The position numbers and the translations under genes were made by a program. This document shows positions 38,536 through 52,986 of a DNA stretch of 64,000 nucleotides, one piece after another. Numbering within the stretch: position 1 is the stretch's first letter; every line of letters begins with the position of its first letter. Source of the DNA: Novakomyces olei (taxonomy: Eukaryota); assembly GCA_016906335.1 (NCBI GenBank), contig JADEYG010000004.1, positions 682,001 to 746,000 of the forward strand, written 5' to 3'. Under the pieces are notes generated by a model. The model worked only from the letters and a program-made list of their open reading frames with translations, searched no databases and was not told the DNA's origin.

Positions 38536-39831
38536 CATGAAATCCTTCTATTCACGCCTCGTAAGAGCTGAACTGCCATTAGAGTTTGTATTTGACATAG
38601 TAAACGGTGTTTGAAGGAAGTTTTGATTCTTTCAACAGTAAATCCCTTTGCCGTCTCCAAATTAAAGTAGACGCAGAAGACAATTAATTAGCGATCAATG
38701 ACTGCTAAGCTTGTACGTTCAGACAGGTTACTAATGGGCATTGCTGCGAGCTTAGATGATGATTGTGCACTGACTTCGATCTGATATTTTTTAAACTCAG
38801 TCTTATGATATAAATTAGCGTATTAATGTAGCATCAAATTTATTTGACAAAGCGACTGAAAAGGTATGAAAAAGTCCTGAAATCTCTAAGTGTTAACAAG
38901 TGTTTTGCAAGATAGAATTCCTGCGCGCAACGCTAAAAATCAAAGCCCAATAGGCAAGTTCTCGGAGATGGTATTTAACGATACTGTGTTGTGCGTATTT
39001 GAGAAGAATGATATATCCATTAATTTAGACATTCATTACAGATAATATTTATGCTCATAGTTTTCATTTATCAAGTCAAGACGTTTGCTCTTTTATTTTT
39101 ATGAGTGGGCCACATGTTTGTAGTACATATTAGATTATCCTTATATAGACTAAACCAGGACCAAATTTGTGATCTAAATTGAAAGTAGCATACGATGATT
39201 GTTTGTTGGATTGAGCAAAACAAATATAGCATGAAATACACAGTCGCGCGTTTAAATCGTGATTTTGTGTGTTCAATCAAATGTCATGCTACTTATTTCC
39301 GGCTTGACACGTATTTTTAATGGTCTGTTACAACCGACACAATGTTTATTCCTGGATGGAGTTTCGAAAAGATTAGAATATAATAAACACAATATTTATA
39401 TGAACTGAGTTAGCGTATAGCAAACAGTATAGCAGTTAAAGCTCTATGGATTTCCTTTCTCAATTTATATTTATAAGTATCTCCGAGAGATGATTGCTCG
39501 CTGTCTGGCCGGAGATAGTGTAAGAATTCCTCAAGTCCCAATAAATGACCAAGATAATCGTGGACAATTTATTGGCATCTCTGTTGCCTGGCGCTTATAG
39601 CCGCACTTAAAAAACCAATTTGCAATATCGATGCTTCTAATGAATCACTCGATTAGTCGAGACTTAGCCTACTCATAAAAGGAATCAGATTTTCTCAAAA
39701 AATAAAGCAGCTTTATAACCCGTAGTCGATCTAAATAACTAGGACTCCCATGCTCATCAATAGACTTAAAGTGTCTCCGTGCTTCCCACATTAGAAGGAA
39801 TTTACTTGTTTCTGCTATGAGCGTGTCCTTT

Positions 39832-40152
39832 TCAGAGGTCCAGCAAGGCCTTCACCGTGTACGCGACTTCTTCGTACGGATGAGATTGCATCAAAGCCCA
39901 AACTACGGAACGAACTTTATCGATATCCCCTTCAATTATCATCTCGACGCGAACCTCTTCCACGTATTCCGGGGTTTCCGCCGTTCCGATATGAGGATTA
40001 GAATCGTTCAGTGGTTGAAATTGCCCAGTCCCTTTCGATTGAAAGCATGCATGGATATATTTGTTGAATCGGCCAGCGCCAGCTTCAAAGCATGCCCCTT
40101 TGCATTTCTCTGCATCGGCTACGGGGCAGTAAAACACCAATTCGTATTTCAT
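39832..40152 (-). CDS. Stand-alone NIF3/YqfO PII-like (CutA-like) domain protein
   Basis: YELVFYCP...AGAG...Y..CF...GTGQF.P...NPHIG...VEEVRVE...HPYEEVAY. The ORF is intronless. Confidence 0.85.
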   Translation of the reverse strand: MKYELVFYCPVADAEKCKGACFEAGAGRFNKYIHACFQSKGTGQFQPLNDSNPHIGTAETPEYVEEVRVEMIIEGDIDKVRSVVWALMQSHPYEEVAYTVKALLDL

Positions 40153-40457
40153 TGTTCGATATCGTGTTTAGCGAAAGTAAATCGAATTTTGGTTTCCGGT
40201 GTGTCGCATCGCAGATTATAATTTATTATCTATTTACTTAATCGGGTTGTGTACGCGAGATTTTATGACATAATCAGTTGAGTAGTAGCCAATGTTTATC
40301 TCGGGGATATTGTATGTGTAATGTTATGGCTATTAGTATAATTTGCGGCATCAAGTCGAATTGAGGGGAAGAAGGACAAAAATTTGTCGAAAAGATCCAC
40401 GCCCTTCTCAATAATTTAGTCGGACCAACATCCTTTAAATTTTTTTTAGCTACTCAT

Positions 40458-42526
40458 ATGGTTTTGGGCAAAGGCAAAAATTCGAATTCTGCTGGGTCAG
40501 CTGATGTAAACCTGGAAAAAGGCACGGACAAAATGACCAAAGATGGACAACATCTGACGGTCTTGGGGGAGGAGGGCAAAGGAAAGCCAGGCTTGAGTCA
40601 AACTTTGGGGGGAATGCAGCCATCTTTAAATATCGCGTGTGGGCCGATATTGTATTATAATGATATCGTGGACGAAAAAGTTGACGAGAAAGTTTTGTTT
40701 TATTGGACTGGTCACGCAGTAATAGTGACAAATGATAGTAAATCTAATTATGACCCCGCGCCGCGCTTGCGTCTGACAACATCCCAAGAAAATGCTGGCG
40801 ACAGCTGGACTGTGTCTGCCAATAAATTTTACGCCGAGCGTGGTTATACCTTTTGGCGATTTGAGTTGCGTGTCCAACAGCAAGACGACAAGGATACAAG
40901 AGTCGTCTATACCCTGAATGAGTCACCGGTGCAGCTCGATTTTTTCGTTTCTGCTCATAATCAAGCATTTCGCATGGTATTCCATACCTGTAATGGCTAT
41001 TCTTTGGGAACGCCGCTTGAAGAGTTTGGAGGTATATCCGGTGGCCTTTGGTACGATGTGCTTGAGAAGCACCGCACACACAATTGGCATCTTCTGCTTG
41101 GTGGTGGGGATCAAAGTAAGCTAAAACAATACTATTTAAAATTGAATATTGACCTTATGTTAGTTTACTGCGATGCGGTCGGCCAAAAATGCGAGTCTTT
41201 CAAAGAATGGATGAGCATGAAGGACCTTTGGCATAAGCAGCGTATGGAAATGTCAGACAAGCTTCGCAATGATTTGGAAGACTTTTATCTTCACCATTAT
41301 TTATGGTGGTTTAGCCAGGGTGATTTTAGCCGCGCAATTGCCAGAATCCCAAGTATGTTGTCTCTTAGGAAGTAAGAGAATTTAACTAATTTCGTTAGGC
41401 GTCAATATCGCGGATGATCATGATTATATCGATGGTTTTGGTTCTTACAATGACCACTTTATGAAAAGCCCAGTTTTTAGCGGGCTTGGCATGATAGGCT
41501 TCAAATACTACCTGTTGTTCCAGCAGGGATGCGCTGTTCACGAACCGGTTTTTTCCTCGGTTGTCCTTGGTCCTAAACCAGGACCTTATATCAAGGAAAA
41601 ATCGCGCAATGTAATCAGTAGTTTGGGAGATGGCGCCATGCTTTTTGCTTTTGATAATCGAACCGAGCGTACTCGTTATCAAGTTAATTATGAAGAGACA
41701 TACGACATCTTGATTTCAGAGCTGAGAGATCGAATGGCTGCACAGCCTTCCCCTGTAGAGCACCTTATTGTTCTGTTGGCTATCCCTATCGCTTATCCTC
41801 GTCTTGTGTGGCTGGAGGAGCTTTTGACGAGCCGAATAATGGACCCTATCAAGCTTATCGGTAAAACAGGAGCGCTTGGACACATGCTTAACGATTTTGA
41901 TTTTGGTGTTGAAGTTCTTGATGACCTTGATGACCATTGGACATCGAAACATCATAAGAAAGAGCGCAATCGTTTCCTTCTTCTTTTGCAGGAGTTTTCA
42001 AGGGCAATGGGGGTGCGTATTACTATTATTAGTGGCGACGTGCATTTGGCAGCAGTTAGCAGGTTTGCCTCCAATAGCAAGCAAGACTTGGCCCCCTACG
42101 AGGATCCTCGTTATATTGTGAATGTAAGTATCGAAACTATGCCTTGCTTTAGCAGATCTAATTCAATAGCTCGTATCGTCTGCAATTGTCAATGCTCCAC
42201 CTCCAAGTGCGGTTACGTCGTTGTTGAGCAAGCGAAACAAAGTGCATCACCTTGACTCTTATACGGACGAGACTTTGATCCCTTTGTTCGAAACGGATGT
42301 TAACGATGATAGTATGCCAAACAAAGGTTTGCTGCAGGCTAGAAGAAACTGGGCAGCCATTGCAATGCGCTCAACTGCTCATGATTCTCAAGAGAGTGGA
42401 GAAGCGAAGGCTTTGGAACTTATACTTAATGTTGAGATTGACCAGCGTGATCCCGGTAAAGGTACGAGACAGTATCCTTACACTGTTCCCGCTCTCACGT
42501 TGAACAAACTTGGTAAAGGAAGCTGA
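40458..42526 (+). CDS. PhoD-like metallophosphatase family protein, multi-exon
   Basis: FHTCNGYS, LLGGGDQ-VYCD, DDHDYIDGFGSY, FDNRTER, LDDLDDHW and ISGDVHLAA. GT-AG introns link the ORF pieces. Confidence 0.85.
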
Positions 42527-43009
42527 TTCGGTACCTATTTGATGTAGAATAATGTATGGTTATGTGTTCAATTCGTTTATTGTGACGAATAATCAAATTT
42601 TTGTACAATAATGAAGCCATTCTGGCGTTTGTGTATCCGCGAAATAAATTAGAGTACTATAGGTTCAAGGAAGAAAGCCATCATTGAAATTCGAGGATCA
42701 ACAAACGCCTAGGCAACAATTAGACAAAAGACCTCGGGCTGTGCTGCTAGTATTATTCATTTAATAATAGTAAACAAGTAACTGGCAATTTACTATATTT
42801 CTGCTTTATCCTCCCACAGCGCAGTTGTGTGCTGTGTGTTTATTATTTATGATGTGCACAAGTAATGGATAGATGCTTATTTTTCGCATCAAGTTACGTA
42901 CGTATAAAATCGAAAAATATAGAGAAAAGGGGGCAACATAGGAACCAGGCCAGGTGGGGAATTTAAATATCCGCTGGAAAACGTCGCGTTTTTCCTGTTT
43001 GTTGCTCCA

Positions 43010-45554
43010 ATGTCAACGCGGCTGGCTATTCAAGAATGCTACCGCAAGCTGGAGCGGCAGCAGGAAATGCTGCGAGGAGCACAGGCTATGCGGCAGAGTA
43101 CGGATAATCCAACATATCAGCAAACTATTGATATCACTATTCGTGAAGCTCAGCGTAACATTGACTACTTGGAGGAAAAACTTCATAGCTTGGAACTTAA
43201 GGAACAGCGAACTGGACGAGTGAACCCTTCCAGCCCAGTCTTGCAACTTTCGCCCTCAGGCACGGACGAGATTGATCAGTCCTCTGGCTCCTCACTATCT
43301 TCAAATTTAACCGCGGCTTCCTACCCAAAAGCTGTATCACCTGTGAAGGGATACAGAATTGCTCGTAAAGAAGCGCCCCCGCCGCCACCAAAGGATGATT
43401 TAAATGTTGCACGCGGCACTAATGCAAAGAACGTGGAGAGAAAGGGCTCAACTTCACCGAGACAGAACCTTTCTAAACTAGGTATGTTTGATAGTTGCTT
43501 TTGTTTTGCGACAAATTATTTGTTTTTTTATTATCATTCGCTATAGAATTGTCAACTGATATCATTGAACAGACCTTGTCAAGTATGATGCTCCGTTAAC
43601 GACCGCACGTATATCGTTGATGCTACAGCAGCTCGAGTTTAAGCTTCACGTGGAGAAACAGTACAAGAATGGCATTGATAAAATGGCCAAATTGTATGCA
43701 CGTGAGGGTGACAGGCGCAGTATCGCGGATGCAGAAAATAAGCGGCTTGAGAGCAGTCAGAAAATACAGCTTTTGAAGCAGGCCCTAAAAAGATATACTG
43801 ATTTGCACGTTGGATTTGACGATGAGGACGATATGGGCGATGATCAAAGTATCACTGCCCCAAATATTCGGCGACCTTTGAGTGGCAAGCTGGTCATTCG
43901 AGTACATGCAGTTCGAGATGTAGAACACGCGTCTTCCACGCGATTTTCACGTGGCTCCGAAACGTTTGTAACCATAAAAATCGAGGATGTTTTGCGTGGA
44001 AAGTCGAAGATTAGTCGATCAGACCGTTGGTCAGAGGACTTTGAAATCGATGTTGACAAGGCAAATGAAGTTGAATTTACTGTTTATGATCGACAGAACG
44101 ATAAACACGTACCGGTCGGTATGCTATGGATTCGCATATCCGACGTTGCTGAGGAGGTTCGTCGGCGGAAAGTTGAGCAAGAAATTGCCAGCACTGGGTG
44201 GATAAGTGCAGATCGAATGAATGGTAATTCAGCTGGTGTAGTAGGCCATAACCGTGGAGCGTCAACAGATGCTAGCAAGCAAAATGCTTATCCGCAGACC
44301 AGCTCTAGATTTCCTTTCAGTCATGATCCGTCCCTTGTGCAGCCAAACGAGATACCAGCTTCTTCGGGCGTGCAGGCATGGTTTTCGCTAGAGCCAGCAG
44401 GCCAAATTCTTTTGTCATTAGACCTAGTTCGTACAAAAGGTGGTAAGCGCATGCACGAAACGGGAGGTCTTGGCCGTCAGGGTGCTATACGGCAGCGCAA
44501 GGGCGATGTTCACGAGAAGCACGGTCACAAATTTGTGCAGCAGCAGTTTTACCAGATTATGCGCTGTGCCCTGTGTGGAGAGTTTCTAAAAAATGCAGCC
44601 GGTTATCAGTGTGAAGATTGCAAGTATACCTGCCACAAGAAATGTTACCCAAAAGTCGTTACAAAGTGTATTAGCAAGGCGAGTGATGAGACTGATCCGG
44701 ATGAGGAGCAACTTAATCATCGAATTCCACATCGGTTTGAACCGCTTACCAACATAGGGGCTAATTGGTGTTGTCATTGTGGCTACATATTGCCCTTAGG
44801 TAAAAAGAATGCCAGAAAATGTATTGAATGCGGTGTCACCTGTCATGCCCAATGTATGCACTTGGTACCCGATTTCTGTGGTATGTCGATGGAGATGGCA
44901 AATCAAATATTATCTGAAATAAGATCCACAAAAAGACAGCGTGCAAGTATTACAGAAAAGGGTCGACAGACTCAGACTTTGGCCGGGAGACGCAAAGATC
45001 TACCTACTCCAGGAGCAGGGCAACGGTCTCCGCAGAGCGATAAGTTTGTTGAAGAAAGTTTAGCAGACCAATCCAAACCGGAAGCAAAGCGATTCCCGTC
45101 GACGGGAGATTTAACCACCGCGAGTTCGCTGCCTCCCATACCGGGCCTTGATTCACAGCAGCGTCCAGGCGAAAAAGCGGTTAATGATGGTATGGAGAGG
45201 GTTGAGAGAGGAAAAGCAAGGCCTGGAGATCAAGTATCTACTCCTCTCGCCGGTGCCGCGCTGCCATCCCCTATTTCCAAATTCAAAGATGACTCACTGC
45301 TTGATACAGAGGCTGGTGGAATAAGGCAAGATCATCAGGTTCGATCTGATGAGAATTTTTATCCTCCTTTGGCAAAACAGCAGCAGCAGCAGCAGCAGCA
45401 ACAACAAGTTGATTTCAGAAAGGACGTGCCCCGATCACCCAATAAGGCTCTAGAGCCCGTCAAATACCAGCGTGGACTTCCTGAAGTTCCTTCTGGAAAT
45501 CAGCAGGTTCGGCAACAGCAGCAGCCTCCGCTACGGAAAGATCATGAAATCAAT

Positions 45555-45589
<35 letters not shown>

Positions 45590-46882
45590 AAAGCAATATC
45601 AACAGCAGCAGTTGCAGTTGCAACAGCAAAATATGTACAAGATCCCGGAACCAATTGATATGAATGAACAGGGCGCGTATGTGCCTAAGAAACAAGAAAG
45701 GCAAATAGACTCAGATGCAGTTTCGCATGATCAGTTAAGATTACAGGTACGAGACTTGCAGCCTGGATCACAGCGGCCTCTTCGGCAATTGCAAACTCAG
45801 CAAGACAATACAGCCATTGTGGAGCAACGAAAGCCCATGAAAAGAATTGGATTGGATGATTTCAATTTCCTTGCAGTGCTTGGGAAGGGTAACTTTGGAA
45901 AGGTTATGCTGGCAGAGTATAGGAATAATAGGAAGCTTTATGCTATAAAAGTCTTGAAGAAAGATTTTATTCTGGATCATGAAGAGGTTGAAAGCACAAA
46001 GTCAGAGAAAAGAGTATTTCTTGTCGCAAACAAGGAAAGGCACCCATTCTTGATTAATCTTCATTCTGCCTTTCAAACAGAAACACGCATATATTTTGTC
46101 ATGGAGTATGTGAGAGGTGGAGATCTTATGCTCCACATCCAGCGCCAGCAGTTTAATTTGAAGCGTGCACAATTTTATGCTGCGGAGGTTTGCCTGGCAC
46201 TAAAATATTTTCATGAGAATGGGATAATTTATCGCGATTTGAAATTAGACAATATTCTGCTAAGTCCAGATGGGCACGTTAAAATCGCAGATTACGGTTT
46301 ATGTAAAGAGGATATGTGGTTTGGGAATACTACAACTACGTTTTGTGGCACTCCAGAGTTTATGGCTCCTGAGGTAATTATTATCCTAGATTTGAAAATA
46401 AATACTAACAAACGTAGATTTTACTGGAGCAGAAGTACACTCGCGCTGTCGATTGGTGGGCATTCGGTGTACTTATTTACCAAATGCTTCTTGGGCAGTC
46501 GCCTTTTAGAGGTGACGATGATGAGGAGATATTTGAAGCTATTCTGTCAGATGTGCCCCTGTATCCTATCCATATGCCGAAAGACTCGATATCGATATTG
46601 GAACGTTTGCTTGTGCGTGAACCAGAAAAAAGATTGGGTTCAGGTTCTTCTGACGCTTTGGAAGTCATGGCGCATCCATTTTTTAAGAATATAAATTGGG
46701 AAGATATTTTGCATAAACGCGTGCAACCACCATTTGTGCCTACACTATCAAGCGAAACCGATGTCAGTAATTTTGATTCAGAATTTACAAAGGAGAAACC
46801 AGAATTGACCCCGGTTCAGTCAGTTTTGACTGAAGCAATGCAAGAGCAGTTTAGAGGATTTTCAGTTTTTTGCGGAGACTGA
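43010..46882 (+). CDS. PKC1: Fungal protein kinase C (HR1-HR1-C2-C1-C1-kinase), 3 exons, polyQ linker
   Basis: HR1 repeats, pseudosubstrate [12 protein letters not shown], two C1 domains, [29 protein letters not shown] and the tail QEQFRGFS. Confidence 0.96.
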
Positions 46883-47706
46883 GCGAGTCAAATATTTCTT
46901 TTTCGTACTAGAGGATTTTCTGATTACGCGCAAATAATGGTCATTCTAGTGTTACACCTCTTTTATTTTTATTTTTTATTTTTTGGTTTTTTTTCCTTTT
47001 CCTTTTATTTTTAAATATAAAATGCAAACACACAAAGTTATTACTCCACAGGAGCTTGGCATTAGTGAGTTGTTCCGTTTACTTTTTGGGAGGAGTGAGT
47101 GTTCCGTAATGGTTATTCCGAGCACCAAATATAAATTAGTCGAAATTTATAGCGAGTACATTGAAATTATAATATCATTAATTAGTCTATGGTCTACGAG
47201 AGCCACTACACCAAAATTAAGTTCACATGTTTGCTGAGTCTCATTTACAAGTTTCTAATTCATCTCAAATCATTTTTACATTCTTGCATAAGCGTCGCTG
47301 ATGCTGAATGAGAATCTATGGAAAAATAAAATTGCAAACTTCATTGTTTGCGTGTTACTAGATCAATGGCTAGTGAACAATCAACGCCAATAAGATTTAT
47401 ATGCACTTTGTTAAGGCTCACCATCGAAGCAAGCAAAATTATACTTTAACAAAACTGATGTTCAATCTAGATACGATGATGATTAGTAACGCTTAAACAC
47501 AAATTATTAAGGGCTCTAGAGCAATATGATTCCTGGTTTCCAAAAAATAAAAACCTTTTTTTTTGGCCAATATCGTATCTAAAAATCAAAAAATAAATGG
47601 ATAAATGTTCAAATTACTCATTGATCCAATTTTTCAAACCCTCCCAAAATAAAACCCAAAAGCGCAATCGTTAAATGATTATATAAAGTCCACTGTACAT
47701 TATGTT

Positions 47707-49961
47707 CTATTTATACATGCCCTTAATCCAGGTCCGCATGTCGCGATCAGGCTGAGACTTGTCCCGCTTCCGCTTCACTGACACTCGGCCTGTAGGAGGT
47801 AAAGATTTTGCCTTATTGCAAGCTGCTTCTGATTCCAAAGACACTTTGGTTGATTCATGCAAAGCTTCCCGGATAGCTTGACGATTTAGACATTCATCAA
47901 TGTGTGTATTTACAGCAACAGAGTCTAATTGTAATGTACTACCACACATGGGGCAAGCCTGACGACTACTGTCACCCTGTGGTTTGTCACAACGGCTGTA
48001 GACGATGCCGGTGTCTAGTCCATTTGCCTCTCGCCGCGGACAATTCAAAAAAGCATTCCAAGCCGGAGAGAGCGCGTAATCACGAGGTGCCAAATGTGTC
48101 AGCCGTAGCCCAATTAGCCGAATCTTTATCGGCATTTCCTTGTCCAGTAGAGGCAGTGCATACCGCACGAGCTCTTCAGCACTGCTCACCACACGTCCAC
48201 CGGGAATTACACGTTGACGTGTGATTACCTCAAAAGTATCGCGTTTTAGTTTGAGATTCAGTGTGCGTCCAGCAACGTTTGCGTGCTTACAGTCAGCTTC
48301 TACTTCAGCCGCAATACGCCAGAGCTGTTTTTCAATGTCAACGCGCTGCGAAAGCGGATTTGAAAGCGTGGACTCGCTACCAATCGACTTTCTCACATGC
48401 TCAGCAGCCGGACGTACACTAACGGAACCCAGGCCGAGTGAAACATCGAGCAAAAAATCAAATATTTTGCCATTTCCCAAGAGCTCACGTAAAACGGCTC
48501 TCTGAGGATAAATGTCGCCGCAATTTGTGACACCAAGGACAGATAACTGGCGTTCTAGTACGCGTCCAATACCACCCACTTTACGAACAGGCAAGGTATG
48601 AATAAAAGCTAGAATAGCACTCCGCTCGGCCGGAAGTGCATACTGGCCATTAGGCTTACGGACATTAGAGCATATTTTAGCTAATCGTGTATTGCAGGCA
48701 ATACCACAGCTCACAGACAGTCCTGTAAGCTGCTTAATACGTTCACGCATCTCTTGTACCACGTCTTCAGCATTCGCTTTGTGTGCCTGCACATAATCTG
48801 TAATATCGAGAAAGGCTTCATCTAAACTGGATGCATAAAACCGCTCGTCAAACTGTGCAAATATCGAGCGCACCGCCTCAGCAACCGCCGAGTATTTCTT
48901 GAAATCTGGTCGCACCAGAACCAGTTGAGGGCAGAGCCGACGAGCAATAAAGGACGGCATTGCACTTCGAACACCATAAGTACGTGCTACATAATTCGCA
49001 GTGCAAAGCACTCCTGCACCCACACCAACCGGCAATAAACGCAGTTCTGGACGCTCTAGTTCCTCCACAGCTGCGTAAAACGCATCACAGTCACAGTGCA
49101 CAATGATGCGCGACAGGTCACGCGTCGTCTCTCGTGCACTTATATCCTTATCGATCTGCTCTGCGTGTAAACTGAGCTCACTTGAATCTAGCTGTTCAAG
49201 CGCTTGAAGGGTCTGCTCAATTCGCGTCGTGAGCTCTGCATTGCGCCGTTTTTCATTGCTAAAAAATTTACTCCCCTATTGTATTAGAATGAGAAATATG
49301 AGATTCTTGATTCCCGATGCAATAAACCAAACAACGAGACTGGACAAAGACTGGAAACTATAATCAAATTTGAAAAATCAAACTTGAAAAATCAAATTTG
49401 AAAAAAAATAACCCAAGAAATTAAAAATGGAAATCTCTGAAACAGAATCAACCATGGACGAGCGCAATTACCTCGCTAGCCTCGTAGATTATGCGGTTAA
49501 CGCGCTCTTGATCAACACTATCGAGTTAGAAAGATCAATTTTCGACCAAAGTTTATTCTATGAATATGATACCCATTCAGTCCCGATTTATGAGTCGAAG
49601 GACCAGCAAGGCGCCGTCGTAACGCTTCTTCTGCGGTAGTAGTGCATTCTGTTCCTTCCTCTATGTCTCTAGAATCCACAGAGTATGTGACTGATTTGCT
49701 ATTTGAACCTTTATCTGATCCGTCTGGACAACTTTTACCAAAACTGTCCTTGTGGTCTCTAAACGTTTGATAGTTTTGCTCATTATTCGGTGGTAATTCT
49801 TCAGAGGCGTCGCCATTTTGATCAAAACTAGCGCTGGACTCTATTGTTTCTGATCGTGCAGCGACTGTTTCGAGGAATGCCCATTCTCTCTGACTCAGGG
49901 GACCATCTGTTTCATCCTCAACCGCGTCTCCAAAATCGTCCGTCGCGGTTTGTGCAGACAT
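47707..49961 (-). CDS. POLK: Y-family DNA polymerase kappa (DinB), 3 exons
   Basis: LAGPSTHKSGL / VDQERVNRIIYEASE / GSKFF, then HCDCDAFYAAVE, SLDEAFLD and a C-terminal UBZ (CPMC...HIDECL). Confidence 0.92.
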
Positions 49962-50221
49962 ACTGACACAGGCATTGCCTTGGATCGCGCCAGTTCAATT
50001 AATTTGTCACGATTTGGCTAATGTCATTATTGTTACTTGTGAAATGGAAAGTGCGCGTAACAGTCAGTATTTGGCAATATATACTATTATATGTATGAAA
50101 TAAATCTACGATAAATACATATTAAATACACAATAATTCTGCAATAATTTTGCAATAAACACAAATAATATGATTATTATAACGACGATGGCAATACACA
50201 ATAATTGCGCGTTCTAACGGC

Positions 50222-51373
50222 ATGGACTCACCGCCAAATCGCAGCTTTTACGCGTCCGCTGCAAGTAGTTTCTCAGAGAGACAGAAACCTGCTGCCAAAC
50301 AATTTAGTCGCACATTTCATCAGAATGATGTCACTGATTTTGCACCGACGACACCGTCATCTCAACGATTTGACGATGCGGGACTGACCCTGCCGATTGC
50401 GCGAACAGCGAGTCCTTCAATCTCGGAACGGTTTACTCCGCCTTCACAAAAGAGTCTGTCTCGGAAGCAACAGACGCCACCGTCTTCAGGGCGACGGCGC
50501 GAAAGCAGTAGCGTGGGGTCAACCCCGACAGGGCATTGGCAACACCCGCAATTAGAAGCAGTCACGTTACGCGCACGAGCTCCGGGTCGTAATGCTCATA
50601 CATTTCGGCGGTTTTTTTTGAATGCTACTGCATTTTTAACTGTTCGATATTTTTCTCCTTTTTTTTCCGTATTGTAAGTTTAATGTATCCGTTTTTCATT
50701 GAATGCTAGCTGTGCTTTGGTGCTCATTTTAGTATCCTTATTCTGGGATTGGGTTCTGGGTCAAGATTTCATTAGGGAGCGATTAAACTCTTTCTTGGAA
50801 TTAACTTTTAATCAAATTAGGATTTTTGTCATTTTGTTTTATATTTTCTTTCCTTGTCGTTTGAACAGTTTCATTGTATTTATTGATCTGCTCAAATCTA
50901 TGTATTAATTTAGTCTAACAACCAGATCACAAAATCGAAATGTTGTTTTTTACGCTCGGCTGCTACGGGCCTTCATTTTTGTTGTTCTCTTTTGGAATGC
51001 AGCGGAAGCTTTATGGAAGTTTTGTCGGCCCTCAAATCAGCTCGATGATATTGTAATGACTCCTGAACAACGGCGGCTTGCTGCATTACCTCTATCTGCC
51101 AATGAGGAGAAGGGAACAGACAAAAGTGCTTTGCGAATTACGCCGCCTCGATATAGTCCTAATGTGGTAGTTCGAGAACGTGCAAGTCCTGGTGCATCGC
51201 CATTATCGCGTTCGCTTTCCGTGAGCAGTCTTGGCCCTGGATCTCCGACGGCGGAAAAGCTATTGCGCATTAAGAGCGGCAGCAATAGCGCGAGTGGCAG
51301 CCCGTTGTCTTTGCAGGTCGGGAGCACATGGGCTCTTCAAAAGAGTTTCAGCTCATCTGAGAAAGGTGCCTAA
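50222..51373 (+). CDS. Pom34-like nuclear pore membrane protein, spliced
   Basis: TPTGHWQHPQL, two hydrophobic segments across an intron, DDIVMTPEQRRL and a Ser/Pro-rich tail. Confidence 0.7.
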
Positions 51374-51960
51374 CTCATATTTCTTGGGGTAACGAATAAA
51401 CATATTTTAAAATTGAATGTACTCATGTTATGACTATCATTGGACGTATTACTGATATTTACCCCTTACGATTTAACCCGTAGAATGGATCGTAAACAAA
51501 ATCTTTTTAACCCTGTACCGGCAGTTTATAATTACACGCCGTTTTGGTCTTGTGTTTATCTGCGACTTCGTGAAAACGGAGTATTCTTAAAGCATTGGTG
51601 TTGTGTCATCACAATTCCAATCAGGGCGACTTGTTCATCCCAATAAAAGGTGAATCCAAATGCGCGAACTGTACATTTCGCACCTGTGCAATCCGTTTTA
51701 TATCATACAATTCACGTTGACATATATTAACGTAAATTTGCTATATAATTACTGTTAGGATTAGGGTTAATATACTGCGTGATGGAGAAGAACACTTTAT
51801 AATAAACATGCTCGCTCTACCCAGTTATCCTAATCACAGGGAACCTTTTCAAAAAGGACCTGAAAATGCAGCAGGACTGTACTCAAAAACAGTGCAAATC
51901 AATGCTGGTATTCATTCATAATTAAACTAACAAAACAATTACGCCTGTGTGCGAAAAGGA

Positions 51961-52986
51961 TTACAGCACCCGTGCAACAATAATAAATGTAGTTCCAAAA
52001 TTACACCTCTCAAACCGTTCGATTTCAATACCCGGATAGGCGCGTACAACACCTTCAATATCGCGGTTCCACGTACATCCATATTTTGCCCTGTGTCGAG
52101 TCGTGTATGCGTCTAGAACACGATTTATGATCGACCATGTCGACCTTCCGTGTTCCAATAACACGAGCTTTCCGCCCGGTTTGGCCAGCCGTGCCATTTG
52201 CTCCAGCGCCCGAGAACAATCAGGGAACGAGCAGAGACCCATAGTGTCAACTACGGCATCGTACCTCTTCTAATCCCGATGAGTCAAGAGGCGCTGCAAT
52301 GAACCGAATTTTACACGCTGAGCAGTGGGAATCTGTTCACTTCGTGATTGTACGCACTTCAACATCTGCTCTGAGCCATCAACCAATGTGAGGTCCTTTA
52401 GTCGCCCAAACTTGTAAAACTCCAAATTCCTACCCGTGCCTGCTGCGACATCCACCACAGACCCCTAAACGTTAGAATACTAAAGTGTCAAGAGTCGACA
52501 AAGCATTTAAAACATTCGACCCAAAACCAAAAAGAAATTCGTCAAAATTGCGATTTTCAAAATTTACCTCCAAAGATTGAACCAGGTTTTCCCGCAGACG
52601 CGTCCAACCCATTAGCCATTCGTCGAATCTGACACAAGCGTCAAACGACGAAGCATTGGCGTCATATATTTGTGTAACTTTGCTTTGGTCATAAGCCGCA
52701 GCCTCAATCTGCTCTGCTTCCTCAAAAGTCTTTACATCTTTCCAAGTCCGACTAATGATATAGGAGGCATAAGTCGCAAAACTGCCACCCATAACTAAAA
52801 GTAACACCAAACCCAGACGTGAGCGTTGAACTGGCTGCTCCGTCTTTAAGGCTGTATTCGGCGCACTACTTTGGGCGCCGAAGGACGTTGAGCAAAATGG
52901 CGTTTAAGCGCTTCCGCTGAGCTCGAATGAGATCTTTTCAAGATCGGTTGCGCCGTTACAGCCAAACGTCGCCGCCAACCCTTCAT
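51961..52986 (-). CDS. OMS1: OMS1-like mitochondrial SAM-dependent methyltransferase (reading frame apparently disrupted; 5' end uncertain)
   Basis: TM helix, YDANASSFD, VDVAAGTGRNLEFY, YDAVVDTMGLCS, KPGGKLVLLEHGRS and GCTWNRDI. Confidence 0.75.

Noticed and set aside
45377-45630. CAG/polyQ tracts in PKC1
   Set aside because: Ordinary low-complexity linker of fungal PKC.
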